Assembly (NCBI GenBank): GCA_963805945.1
Contig: CAWDVP010000006.1
Coordinates: 224,001 to 288,000 of the forward strand
Direction: 5' to 3'
From: Vulcanimicrobiota bacterium
Lineage (GTDB): Bacteria > Vulcanimicrobiota > Vulcanimicrobiia > Eremiobacterales > Eremiobacteraceae
DNA: 64,000 nt
The position numbers and the translations under genes are program-made. This document shows, in pieces, positions 18,119 through 27,238 of this stretch. Within the stretch, counting starts at the first letter, position 1, and the number at the start of each line of letters is the position of its first letter. Below the pieces are notes generated by a model. That model was not told the DNA's origin. It worked only from the letters and a program-made list of their open reading frames with translations, and made no database searches.

Positions 18119-19381
18119 TTAGGGGGTGCGCGGTGGCACTCCTTCACGCGGCTCGCGCACGAATGTGAGCGCGAGTCCGCCCAGCACCATCCATACCGCG
18201 ACGAGCCCGAAGAGCGAGCGATAGCCGATGCCGAGATCGCCGGTGACGGCGCCCAAGTGGTCCACCAGCAGGCCGCCGATGATGGGCGCGGCGACCTGCG
18301 GCGCCGACGCGCCGATGTTCCACAGCGCCATGAGCGCGCCCGCGCGGCCCGGCGGCAAGAGATTGCACGCCAGCGCCCAGTCCACCGAATAGTACGCGCC
18401 CCAGCCGATCCCGAGGAACACCGACAGCACCGCGACCGGCGTCAGCGAGGTGGCGAACGCGACCGTGAGCGCGGCCGCGACGATCAGCGCGAGCGATATA
18501 TAGATGATGGATTTCTTCGATATCCGGTCGCCGAGCAAGCCCGCCGGCACGGTGCCGACGAGCGAGCATCCGACCATGAGCAGCAGCAGCGTGAGGCTGG
18601 TGGCCTGATAGCGATCGATCTTGAGGGCGAAGCGCAGATAAAAACCGAGGAACGGCAGGATCGAATACAGGCCCGCGCTCACCAGGGTGCGCGAACCGAT
18701 GAGCCACCAGAAGCTCGCGCGCAGCGGCCAGGCGGTCAGCACGGGCACGGCCTCGGGCACATCTTCCCTGCGCTCTTTGACGCCGAACACGGTGACCAGC
18801 AGCGCGGCGAGCATGATCACCGCGATCGCCGTGACGAGCCGCAAGAACCCGCTCGTGTACATCTCGGGCGTGACGTCCGGACCCGGCTGGTGGACGACGA
18901 GCTTCGCGAGCAGCAGGCCTCCCGCGGTGCCCGCCAAGCGCATCAGACCCATCACCGCGGAGGCGCTGCCCTGCGCGCTCTTGGCGACGCGGTCCGGGAT
19001 GAGCGCTTGGTACGCGCCACCGGCGATGTTGAGCAGCTGCAGCACGACGAAGGCGACCAGCACCGCCAAGAACGACGGCGCGAGCGCGAACATGTAGAGG
19101 CCGGCGAAGTTGATGAGCGTGCCGACGATGATGAACGGCATGCGCCGGCGCACGATGTCCGACCAGCGGCCGGCGCCGTACTGGATGACGATCGCGATGA
19201 GCGCCCCGCAGCCGAGCAGAATCGCCGACGCGCGGCCGTAGAACGTCGGCGGCACGAAGCGGGCGATCTCCGCTTGCAGCGCTGCGCCGAGCAGCGCGGC
19301 CCATTGCAGCTCCCAGGCGAACCAGTAGAACGACAGCGCGAACGGGTTCGGCGTCTTGACGCCTGGAGCGGTCGAATTCAT
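18119..19381 (-). CDS. MFS transporter
   Basis: About 12 hydrophobic segments; motif A GRWSDIVRRR and GLLGDRISKK. Confidence 0.88.
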   Translation of the reverse strand: MNSTAPGVKTPNPFALSFYWFAWELQWAALLGAALQAEIARFVPPTFYGRASAILLGCGALIAIVIQYGAGRWSDIVRRRMPFIIVGTLINFAGLYMFALAPSFLAVLVAFVVLQLLNIAGGAYQALIPDRVAKSAQGSASAVMGLMRLAGTAGGLLLAKLVVHQPGPDVTPEMYTSGFLRLVTAIAVIMLAALLVTVFGVKERREDVPEAVPVLTAWPLRASFWWLIGSRTLVSAGLYSILPFLGFYLRFALKIDRYQATSLTLLLLMVGCSLVGTVPAGLLGDRISKKSIIYISLALIVAAALTVAFATSLTPVAVLSVFLGIGWGAYYSVDWALACNLLPPGRAGALMALWNIGASAPQVAAPIIGGLLVDHLGAVTGDLGIGYRSLFGLVAVWMVLGGLALTFVREPREGVPPRTP

Positions 19382-19388
19382 TCGACCG
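19365..19388 (+). repeat. Family A REP-like hairpin spanning an ATGA stop/start overlap
   Basis: GGAGCGGTCGAATTCATTCGACCG; on the minus strand the apex reads GAATGAATTC, containing the TGA of the upstream gene and the ATG of the MFS gene. Confidence 0.88.
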
Positions 19389-20130
19389 TCACCTGCGCCG
19401 CGTGCACCCGCGCGTATTCGAAGTCCGCCGCCTCATCGCAATCCATCGCGAGCGCCGGATCCGCACCGCGCAGCGCGACGAGCGAGCCGCGCGTGAGCCG
19501 CTCGATGCGCGCCTTGACGTCGGCGACGCCTGCCTTGTTCGCCGCATAGCGCAGCGCGAGCTGCGGCCCGAGCAGGCTCGCCATCGCGACCAGGCTCTTG
19601 CGCGCCCCGAACGCCTTGCGGACGAGCTGCTCGTTGCGCAGGAATGCGCCCGCGTTGACGACGAGCGCGCTGCCGCCGGTCCACTGGCCGTCGCTCAGCC
19701 GTGCGAAACTGCTGCGCGCGCCCGGATACGCGGCCTCGAACTCCTCGCGCGTGAAGATCGGATAGACGCAGTCCGCGCTCGGCGGACTCGCCGCGAGCAG
19801 CCCGGCGATGCTCGCGCTGCGCACGAAGGGCATGTCCGACGCGCAGAAGACGACGCGTTCGTCGCCGGCATCGCGCAGCGCCGCGAGCACGTTCTCCTCG
19901 CCGCTGGCCTGTTCGTCGATCCAGCGATCCGCCGCGGCGCCGCATGCCTGCGCGGTGCGCGGCCCGACCACCGTCACGCGACCGATCTCCGGCACGCCGC
20001 GCAACGCCTCGATGACGATCGCCAGCAGGCTGCGGCCGCCGATGCGCACCAATGCTTTGATGTCGCTGCCATAGCGCTGCGCGTCCTCGGGCCCGAGCCG
20101 GCCTGCTGCGGTGATGACTGCGTTGAGCAC
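19378..20130 (-). CDS. MobA-like NTP transferase domain protein
   Basis: AVITAAGR...KALVRIGGRSLL, FCASDMPFV, MDCDEAAD. Confidence 0.8.
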   Translation of the reverse strand: MLNAVITAAGRLGPEDAQRYGSDIKALVRIGGRSLLAIVIEALRGVPEIGRVTVVGPRTAQACGAAADRWIDEQASGEENVLAALRDAGDERVVFCASDMPFVRSASIAGLLAASPPSADCVYPIFTREEFEAAYPGARSSFARLSDGQWTGGSALVVNAGAFLRNEQLVRKAFGARKSLVAMASLLGPQLALRYAANKAGVADVKARIERLTRGSLVALRGADPALAMDCDEAADFEYARVHAAQVTVE

Positions 20131-20183
20131 GCCCGCCCCGTTGGCGCATGCGCGGCCGAATCCATTCGAGCCCGCGTGCTCGT

Positions 20184-20207
20184 GGAGCGGTCGAATTTAT
20201 TCGACCG
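20184..20207 (+). repeat. Family A REP-like hairpin containing the stop codon of the methyltransferase gene
   Basis: GGAGCGGTCGAATTTATTCGACCG; TAA at 20197-20199 on the minus strand; a degenerate second copy lies at about 20152-20172. Confidence 0.88.
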
Positions 20208-21417
20208 ACGTTCGGGCAGCCTTGCACAGGATCGCCATCTTCTTCTCGCCGACGGTCGTGCACACCAACACCGCCGACGCCTCGCCGCGCGGTTTGAGCA
20301 GCGCCTCGATCGCCTCGGGCAGCAGCGGGAAGGCGCGCGTCTTGATGACGAGCGAGCCGATATCGCGTGCGCGCAGCAGCGCGCGCACCTTCTTCTCGTT
20401 GAACGGCATGGCCGCGAGCACTTCGTACCAGCGGAAGAACGGCGTCGCCGCGGCGCGCGAGGCGGTGACGTACGCGACGTTCGGATCGAGCGCGGCGGCG
20501 CCGATCGGCTCGCAGGCGGCACCGAGCAGCCCTGAGCGGATGACAGCGGCGTCCGGCTCGCCCAGCCAACCTTGGAGAAGACGCACCTCCGGCGCGCTCG
20601 CGGGATCGCCATCTAAAGGATGGACTCCGTCGGCCGCGATGACCGTCGCCCGGCGCGCGCCATGGCGGCGGGCGAGGTCGCCGCACCACGCGATCGCCTC
20701 TTTGCACACACCGCGCTCCGAGATGTACTCGAGCTCCACCGGGAAGCCGCACGCGTCGCGCAGCGCGTCCTCGGTGACGCGCAGCCCGGGCGCGATCTTC
20801 ACACCGAGCGCCGCCGCGCGCAGATCGCCGATGCGCGCGAGGATGCTGCGCAGCGGCGGGCTGTATTCCGCACCGGTCTTGGCCCGGCCGCTCGGCGTCC
20901 GCCGCGAGGGGTCCGCAAAAGCGGCGTCCATGTCCTGAAGCGGCCAGCGCAGCGCGTCGCCGATGCTGAACGCCGCTGACGGCTTCACGCCGTACACGAT
21001 CGCGTTGTGACGCGCGCAGACGAGCGCATCGGTGTCGACATCGACGCCCGAGACGGTGCCGCCCGGCGGCCGAACGCCGGCGATGGCGATGGAGTCTGAG
21101 CCGATGCCGCAGCACAGATCTGCCACCCGTTTGAAACGCGCGAAGCGCTCGGCCGTGTGGCGCGAGATCGCCTCTGACGACGCCTGCTCGTAGCCGGCGC
21201 GCGTGAAGAACATCTCGGCGGCGCGGCTGAACTTGCGCGACGCGAGCGCCCTGCGCCGCGCGAAGGCGGTCGACAGCGCTGCCGCCGCGAGCTCGGGGTC
21301 GGCCATGCGGCGGGCGAGCGCGGCGGCGGCGGGCACCTGCACTTCGGTGAACGGCGCGAGCGCGGCGAGCAGCCGTGCGCCGTCCGCGGATTCAAGCCGG
21401 TCGTACGCGTTGGTCAC
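20197..21417 (-). CDS. Class I SAM-dependent methyltransferase with THUMP-like C-terminal domain
   Basis: FFTRAGYEQASS, VADLCCGIGSDS, AFADPSRR, VKIAPG, EPDAAVIRSGL. Confidence 0.82.
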   Translation of the reverse strand: MTNAYDRLESADGARLLAALAPFTEVQVPAAAALARRMADPELAAAALSTAFARRRALASRKFSRAAEMFFTRAGYEQASSEAISRHTAERFARFKRVADLCCGIGSDSIAIAGVRPPGGTVSGVDVDTDALVCARHNAIVYGVKPSAAFSIGDALRWPLQDMDAAFADPSRRTPSGRAKTGAEYSPPLRSILARIGDLRAAALGVKIAPGLRVTEDALRDACGFPVELEYISERGVCKEAIAWCGDLARRHGARRATVIAADGVHPLDGDPASAPEVRLLQGWLGEPDAAVIRSGLLGAACEPIGAAALDPNVAYVTASRAAATPFFRWYEVLAAMPFNEKKVRALLRARDIGSLVIKTRAFPLLPEAIEALLKPRGEASAVLVCTTVGEKKMAILCKAARTSVE

Positions 21418-21435
21418 GCTTCTGGAGCGGCCGCT

Positions 21436-22035
21436 TCAGTCGGCCGAAGCCGGAATACGGATCGTATCCACGCCGCCGGACTCCCGCAGACACGAGACGA
21501 TCCCGTCGGCCGACGCGGCATCCGCGACGACCACGAGCGCGATGCCGTGATGCTCGATCTCATCGGCGATCCGATATGCGGCGTGCGTCGAGCGTTGCGG
21601 CGACAAGCCGCTGCCCAGCGTCGCGCCTGCCAGCGCACCAAGCACGAAGCACAGCAGCACGTCGGCGAGCACGCGATAGTGCGGGTCGGTGTCGACGAGC
21701 GTGAAGTTCGGCACATACGCGACGACAAGTCCGGCGGCCGCGCCCATCAGACCGCCCATCACGCCGCCGAGATTGATACCGGCCGCCGCGTCCGCAGCAG
21801 AGGCGAGGCCCGGCGCTCCGGCCAGGGGATCGATCGGATCGATATCCGAGCGGACGCCGAACTCGGCCGCAAGCACGCTCACGTCCTCCGCGCCTGACGG
21901 CTGCGCGCCCAGGCCGACCGCCGACGGCGCGACGCCGAGCGCGAGCAGCGCGCACAACGCGGCGTGCGCGGTGGCGCGATCGCGCGCGGCGCACGCGACG
22001 AACACGGAAGGGGCGACTGAAGGTCCCTGTGTCAA
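21436..22035 (-). CDS. Hypothetical membrane protein (Gly-rich TM hairpin)
   Basis: Two Gly/Ala-rich hydrophobic segments flanked by short alpha/beta regions. Confidence 0.6.
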   Translation of the reverse strand: MTQGPSVAPSVFVACAARDRATAHAALCALLALGVAPSAVGLGAQPSGAEDVSVLAAEFGVRSDIDPIDPLAGAPGLASAADAAAGINLGGVMGGLMGAAAGLVVAYVPNFTLVDTDPHYRVLADVLLCFVLGALAGATLGSGLSPQRSTHAAYRIADEIEHHGIALVVVADAASADGIVSCLRESGGVDTIRIPASAD

Positions 22036-22083
22036 CGCGCGTTAATTCCTTCGCATCACCGCAATTGCCTGGAACGTGAGAAC

Positions 22084-22374
22084 GTGGAAAAACCTGGAGT
22101 GCTCGTGGGCCGATCCGTCGTCGTCCGCTCGAATGCGGACGAGCCGGAATACTACACGGACGTCCATCGGGCGCGCGTCGGCCATGAGGGCCGCGTCCAT
22201 GCGATCGTGCCGACAGACGATCGCGCCAATCCGCTCGTCAAGGTCGGCTTTGATGCTGGCACCCAGATCGTCTTCTACCGGCTCGCCGATCTGCAAGTCG
22301 ACCCCGATGCCGGGCTCGATCTCTCGAAGAAGCACGGCGTGCGCGGCAGCCACTTACCGAAGGGCGCCGGCTAA
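22084..22374 (+). CDS. Small hypothetical protein
   Basis: 96-aa ORF with normal composition that fills the gap between two minus-strand genes. Confidence 0.55.
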   Translation: MEKPGVLVGRSVVVRSNADEPEYYTDVHRARVGHEGRVHAIVPTDDRANPLVKVGFDAGTQIVFYRLADLQVDPDAGLDLSKKHGVRGSHLPKGAG

Positions 22375-23196
22375 CCACTCCAGACCGTCGACCACGCGCG
22401 GCCCGTTGCGCTCTAGGATGGAATCGTTGGGCGGGCGCAGCACCTTGCCGTCGCGCACGGCGCGCAGACTGCGCCACGGTTCGCTCGCCCGCACCGCTGG
22501 GCCGAAGTGCGTGTCATCCGAGACGATGAGGACGTCGGGATCCGCTTTCAGGATCGCCTCCGCCGTGAGGCTCGGGTACGCCTCATCGACGTCCCCGGCG
22601 ACGTTGATGCCGCCCGCGAGGCTGATGAGATCGTTGAGATAGGAGCGACCGCCGGCGGTGAATCCTGGCAACCCCAACAGATAGAGCACCGTCGGCTTGT
22701 GCCGCCGATCCTTGGTCTGTGCGGCGACGCGTTCGATGCGACGCCGTAATGCCGCTGCCAAGACCACGCCCTTCTTGATGCTCCCGCAGGCCTTGGCGAC
22801 GCCCGCGATGTCCGCGTAGAGGTCGCCGATATTCCGGTTCGGCAGATACACGACCGGCACGCGCAGCCGTAGTGCGACAGCGGACCCTTCATTCTCTTGA
22901 TCGTGCAAGGCGACGACGACGGTGGGCCGCAGCTGCGCGATCCGCTCTAGGTCCACATGCGCGAGATCGCCGACGTGCGGCAGCGCTTTGGCGGGCGCGG
23001 GATAGTCGTCGTAGGTCGTGTCGGCGACGAGATGGCGGCCGCAGTCGACGGCATACGCGATCTCGGTGAGCGACGGCGCCAGCGAGATGACTCTGATCTT
23101 ACCCGCTTGGTCTGTAGCGGTCGAATTTATTCGACCGTGAGATGCGCACCCGCCAACGAGCGCGCACGCAGCCGCGGCGATGAGGAAGCGTCTCAA
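22354..23196 (-). CDS. btuF: Cobalamin ABC transporter substrate-binding lipoprotein (BtuF-like)
   Basis: Lipobox LVGGC, RVISLAPSLTEI, DLERIAQLRP, AEAILKADPDV, RNGPRVVDGLE; last gene of the riboswitch operon. Confidence 0.85.
   Translation of the reverse strand: MRRFLIAAAACALVGGCASHGRINSTATDQAGKIRVISLAPSLTEIAYAVDCGRHLVADTTYDDYPAPAKALPHVGDLAHVDLERIAQLRPTVVVALHDQENEGSAVALRLRVPVVYLPNRNIGDLYADIAGVAKACGSIKKGVVLAAALRRRIERVAAQTKDRRHKPTVLYLLGLPGFTAGGRSYLNDLISLAGGINVAGDVDEAYPSLTAEAILKADPDVLIVSDDTHFGPAVRASEPWRSLRAVRDGKVLRPPNDSILERNGPRVVDGLEWLAGALR
23114..23137 (+). repeat. Family A REP-like hairpin in-frame in btuF
   Basis: GTAGCGGTCGAATTTATTCGACCG; encodes GRINSTAT just after the lipidated Cys. Confidence 0.9.
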
Positions 23197-25202
23197 TGCG
23201 CGGTCAGCCTCACCGAGAACGTCGTGCCGAGCACCGGATATCCATATGCCTCTTCGACTCGTTGACCGGTCAGATTGTTCAAGCGCAGCGTCACCGTCAG
23301 ATGCTTGCTCACGAGCCGTGAGATGTGGGCGCCGACCGTCACATACGCGGGCAGGAAGTGGGTGTTCTCCTCGTCGCCATAGCGGCTTCCGACATAGAGC
23401 AGGTCGAGGCCGTCATCGCCCGTCGCCTGGCCCGCATCCGGCGTCGGCCCGCTCTTGCGCCAGATCTCGAAACTGCCCGTAGACGTCGGTCGGTAGAGCA
23501 GCCGGTTGCCGTTGGTGACGACGCCGTTGATGTCCGGCACCGTGCTCTCGTCACGCGCAACCGGAAAGCCGGTGTAGGAGGCTTGCGCACCGACGCGGAC
23601 GTTCTGCGCGTTCGAGATGTGCAGGCTGTAGCCGCGCACGCGCGCCCGGCCGACGTTGAAGGGCAGGAAGTCGCCCATCGTGTCGATCGCCTGATTGACG
23701 ATCAAATTATTCGTGTCGCTGCCGAACAGCGTCGCCGAACCTTGGAAGCGGTTGTTGCCGGTGAACATCCCGATGTCGAACGTCGCGGCATACTCCGGCT
23801 GCAGATGCGGGTTGCCGAAGCCCGGGAAGTAGAGCTCGTCGAGGTTCGGCACGCGGAACGAACGCTCGTAGCTGCCGCGCAACGACGTTCCCTCGTCTGC
23901 GCTCGAGCCGCCCACCGATTTCTTGAGCGAGAAGCTCGGCACGGTCGTCGCCTGCGTGCCCTGCGTGTCATCGGTGCGCAGGCCGGCGACGGCCTCGAAA
24001 CCGCCGTCGGGCGAATCGTACGTGTCGTTGGCGTAGAGGTACGTGGTTGAAGACGCCGCGACGACCTGGGGCGGCGCGTCGATCGTCCCTTGGAACAGCG
24101 CGCGATCGGCGCGGCCCTGGTAGCCGACCAGCAGCACATCGCCGCGCGAGAGCCGCACCGACTGCGTCAGCTTGTAGCCGCGCGCCGTGGCTTCCGTCAG
24201 CGTATCGTACGGAAACGCCGGCGTCGGGTCATAGAAATGGACCCGTCGCCCGTCCGCAAAGACCTCGACCTGCGTGAGCGCATCGGAGCCGCCGGCGAAG
24301 TCCAGGTTGAGCGCGCTCCGGTTGACGTCGCGCTGCTGGCGCGCGAACGCGCTCACGAACGCCGATCCGAATTCCGTGCTGCCCGGCGCACCTACGTCCG
24401 ACGTGTTGTCTTCCAAATGCAAGGCCGCGCCGAGATGTCCGAAGCCGTAGCAGACGCACGCGGTGACGTCAGACGCCCTGACGTCGTTGTTCGACCGCGT
24501 GCCACCCGCGATGCCGTTGAAGGACGGGTAGTCGAACGTGTTGAGCTCGGAGCGCGTCAGTGCGTCGACGTGCAGCCCGCCGCGAGGGAAATCGCCGGCT
24601 GACGCGCCGACGCCGCCCTCAAAGGCGCCTTGATATCCGATCTGCGCGAACGCGGACGTTTGATCGCGGCCCGGATACTTCGAAGTGAGCAGCACGACGC
24701 CGCCGACCGCGCCCGAGCCGTAGCGCGCGGAGAGCCCGCCCTCGATGACGGTGATCGCCTGGATGCTGTTGAGCGGTATCGATGAGAAGTCGGTGACGCC
24801 TGTGTCACCTTCGTTGACGGGCCGCCCGTCGAGAAGCACGAGCGTCTGTTCGCTGCTGGCGCCGCGCAGCGCGACGGTCTGCAGCGTGCCAGTCGTGCCG
24901 TATTGCTGCACGAAAGCCCCCGGCACGTAACGCAGGGCGTCCGCGACGGACTTCGCGCCCAGCCGCTGCAGCTCGATGATCGGTACGCTGTAGCCTTCGC
25001 GGGTGTTGCCGCGAACGACTATCTTGCCGAGCGGATTGGGCGCCGGGCTCGCCGACGGCGTCGGCGATGCGGTCGGTTTCGGCGACGGCGCCGGCGTTGC
25101 GCCATCAGCGTGCGCGGCCGCGCAGGAGAGTGCGAGCAGAGCCGCCGTCGCGAGCGCAGCCGGCAGTAGCTGCGTCGCGCGGACGTTTAGCGCGGCGTGC
25201 AT
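23193..25202 (-). CDS. btuB: TonB-dependent receptor (BtuB-like)
   Basis: Plug motifs SVADALRYVPG, LRGASSEQTLVLLDGRP, YGSGAVGGVV; barrel motifs PNLDELY, NPHLQPE, NNLTG. Confidence 0.85.
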   Translation of the reverse strand: MHAALNVRATQLLPAALATAALLALSCAAAHADGATPAPSPKPTASPTPSASPAPNPLGKIVVRGNTREGYSVPIIELQRLGAKSVADALRYVPGAFVQQYGTTGTLQTVALRGASSEQTLVLLDGRPVNEGDTGVTDFSSIPLNSIQAITVIEGGLSARYGSGAVGGVVLLTSKYPGRDQTSAFAQIGYQGAFEGGVGASAGDFPRGGLHVDALTRSELNTFDYPSFNGIAGGTRSNNDVRASDVTACVCYGFGHLGAALHLEDNTSDVGAPGSTEFGSAFVSAFARQQRDVNRSALNLDFAGGSDALTQVEVFADGRRVHFYDPTPAFPYDTLTEATARGYKLTQSVRLSRGDVLLVGYQGRADRALFQGTIDAPPQVVAASSTTYLYANDTYDSPDGGFEAVAGLRTDDTQGTQATTVPSFSLKKSVGGSSADEGTSLRGSYERSFRVPNLDELYFPGFGNPHLQPEYAATFDIGMFTGNNRFQGSATLFGSDTNNLIVNQAIDTMGDFLPFNVGRARVRGYSLHISNAQNVRVGAQASYTGFPVARDESTVPDINGVVTNGNRLLYRPTSTGSFEIWRKSGPTPDAGQATGDDGLDLLYVGSRYGDEENTHFLPAYVTVGAHISRLVSKHLTVTLRLNNLTGQRVEEAYGYPVLGTTFSVRLTAH

Positions 25203-25918
25203 ACGACGTATCCCTCCGGATCCTTGTGCGTGCGCACGTCCACGCCGAACGCGCGGGAGAGCGCTGCCGCTTCGAAGACTTCTTCAGGTGGGCCGACAGC
25301 CAGCGCTCCGCCGGCCAGCAGCGCGATCGAGTCCGCGAAGCGCGCCGCAAGGGTGAGGTCGTGGATGGCGGCGACGACGGCGACGCCGGCGCGCGTCAGG
25401 GTCTTGAGCAGCCGCAGCACCTCGAGCTGATAGCGCAGGTCGAGGTGCGTCGTCGGCTCGTCGATGAGCAGCACGCCGGCTTCGGCCGCGAGCGCCGCGG
25501 CGATCCACGCACGTTGCAATTCGCCGGCGCTCAAGCCCGACGCGGCATCGTGCGCGCGCTCGCTCAGGCCCGTGCGCTCCAATGCGTCGCCGATGGTGGC
25601 GCGTTCGGCATCGGTGAACGAGAAGCGCCACCATGGCCTGCGCAGTGCGAGCACGTAGCCGGCGAGTTCCGCCGGCGATACGTCCGATGGCAACGCCAGC
25701 GCGGTCGCCACCAACGCGACCTTTGCGTCGCGCGCGACTGCTCCGGCTTGCGAACGTTGCGTGCCGGCAAGCACGCGCAGCAAGCTCGACTTGCCGGCGC
25801 CGTTGGGACCGACGAGCGCCGTCAAGCGGCCAGGCTCGATCGTCACGTCCAGGTCTGCGAAGATGTCGCGCGCGCCATAGGCGACCTGAAGTCCGCGACC
25901 TGCCAGCACGGCGCTCAC
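25187..25918 (-). CDS. Cobalamin/iron ABC transporter ATPase (BtuD-like)
   Basis: GPNGAGKS, LSAGELQR, LLIDEPTTHLD, AAIHDL; GTG start overlaps the permease stop. Confidence 0.9.
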   Translation of the reverse strand: MSAVLAGRGLQVAYGARDIFADLDVTIEPGRLTALVGPNGAGKSSLLRVLAGTQRSQAGAVARDAKVALVATALALPSDVSPAELAGYVLALRRPWWRFSFTDAERATIGDALERTGLSERAHDAASGLSAGELQRAWIAAALAAEAGVLLIDEPTTHLDLRYQLEVLRLLKTLTRAGVAVVAAIHDLTLAARFADSIALLAGGALAVGPPEEVFEAAALSRAFGVDVRTHKDPEGYVVCTPR

Positions 25919-26934
25919 AGCTCCACCGGCCGGCGCGCTATTATAAGGAAGAACGGCACCCCGACGAACGCCAGCAGGACGCCGAGCGGCAGCTCGCTCG
26001 GCGACAGGATCGTCCGCGCGAAAGTGTCCGCCACGATCACCACCGCCGCGCCGCCGGCGGCGCTCGCCGGCAGCAGCCACGCGGCGTCCCCGCCGACGAG
26101 CTTGCGCGCGCCGTGCGGCACCATCAAGCCGACGAATCCAACGATGCCCGACACCGCGACGCACGCTGCGGCGATGAGCGCCGCCGCTGCGAGCACGAAG
26201 AAGCGCGCGCGGCCGACGCGGATGCCCAATCCTGCCGCCGCGTCCGCGCCGAGGCGCAGCACGTTGAGCGCCGGCAGCAGCAGCAGCGCCGCGAGAAATC
26301 CGGCCGCCAAGTACGCGGCGATCCACGCGACGTCGCCCCAGCTTCTGCCGCCGATGCCGCCCGCGAGCCAGCCAAGGATGGTGAGGCTATCCGACGCGCC
26401 GCTGCGCAGCAGCACGATCGTCACCATGGCGGCGCATAGCGACGAGATCGCGATGCCGCACAGCACGAGACGCAGATTGCCGCTCGGACCGCTGCCGGCG
26501 CCGAACAGCGAGACGACCGACGCGCACGCCAGGCCGCCACCGAACGCGAGAGCGGGTACGAGCGCGAACGAGACGCCGAGCCCGATGCTCACGCTCGCGG
26601 CGAGCGCGGCACCCGCGGAGACGCCGGTGACATACGGGTCGACGAGCGGATTGCGGAAGAGCGCCTGCAGCATCGCGCCCGCGACGCCCAGCCCGGCGCC
26701 GACGCAGGCGCCGATGAGCAGCCTCGGCAGGCGGATATCCCACACCACGGTGTGCGGCAGGCCTGAGGCTGCCGGGTGCGCCAGCGCGTAGACGATCGCG
26801 TCCGGTGAGATCGGCACGCTGCCGACGCCAAGCGATATGACGCCCGCCAGCAGCGCGACCGCGCTCAAGCCCACGAGCCACAATGCTCGGGGAACTGCTA
26901 CGTCAGACCGAAGTTCGGGATAGGTTGCGACCAT
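25915..26934 (-). CDS. FecCD/BtuC-family permease
   Basis: DIRLPR, LQALFRNPLVDP, GIVGFVGLMVPH, ELPLGV. Confidence 0.92.
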   Translation of the reverse strand: MVATYPELRSDVAVPRALWLVGLSAVALLAGVISLGVGSVPISPDAIVYALAHPAASGLPHTVVWDIRLPRLLIGACVGAGLGVAGAMLQALFRNPLVDPYVTGVSAGAALAASVSIGLGVSFALVPALAFGGGLACASVVSLFGAGSGPSGNLRLVLCGIAISSLCAAMVTIVLLRSGASDSLTILGWLAGGIGGRSWGDVAWIAAYLAAGFLAALLLLPALNVLRLGADAAAGLGIRVGRARFFVLAAAALIAAACVAVSGIVGFVGLMVPHGARKLVGGDAAWLLPASAAGGAAVVIVADTFARTILSPSELPLGVLLAFVGVPFFLIIARRPVEL

Positions 26935-26996
26935 CGCCCAGCTCCCTTATCGCGAAGAGCTATGCAGCGGCGCGACCTTGCGGCCGCGCGCATCTG

Positions 26997-27142
26997 ACTC
27001 GGGGCAGGTCTCCTGACTTCCGGATCTTTGCCTTGCGCCGCGCCTTCCCATCTCGTGCGAGACAGTGGCGATGTCGGCGGCTCCCCGGTTACAGTGGCGC
27101 GACCGCGCCGGAATCACACCGGCTTCCCTGTCGCCCCGAGCC
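26997..27142 (-). ncRNA. Cobalamin riboswitch
   Basis: Minus strand AGGGAAGCCGGTG-TGATTCCGGCGCGGTCGCGCCACTGT...GCCACTG...GGGAAGG...AGTCAGGAGACCTGCC (B12 box); P1 pairs GCTCGGGGCG with TGCCCCGAGT; sits upstream of btuC. Confidence 0.95.
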
Positions 27143-27238
27143 ACGTTGCCGTGTGGTTTACACGAATGCGGCGAGGCGACCTTTTCGGGCGTGGCGGCGA
27201 GAATGTTTCTGCCGGCCGACGACTGAAACGTCGGGCGG

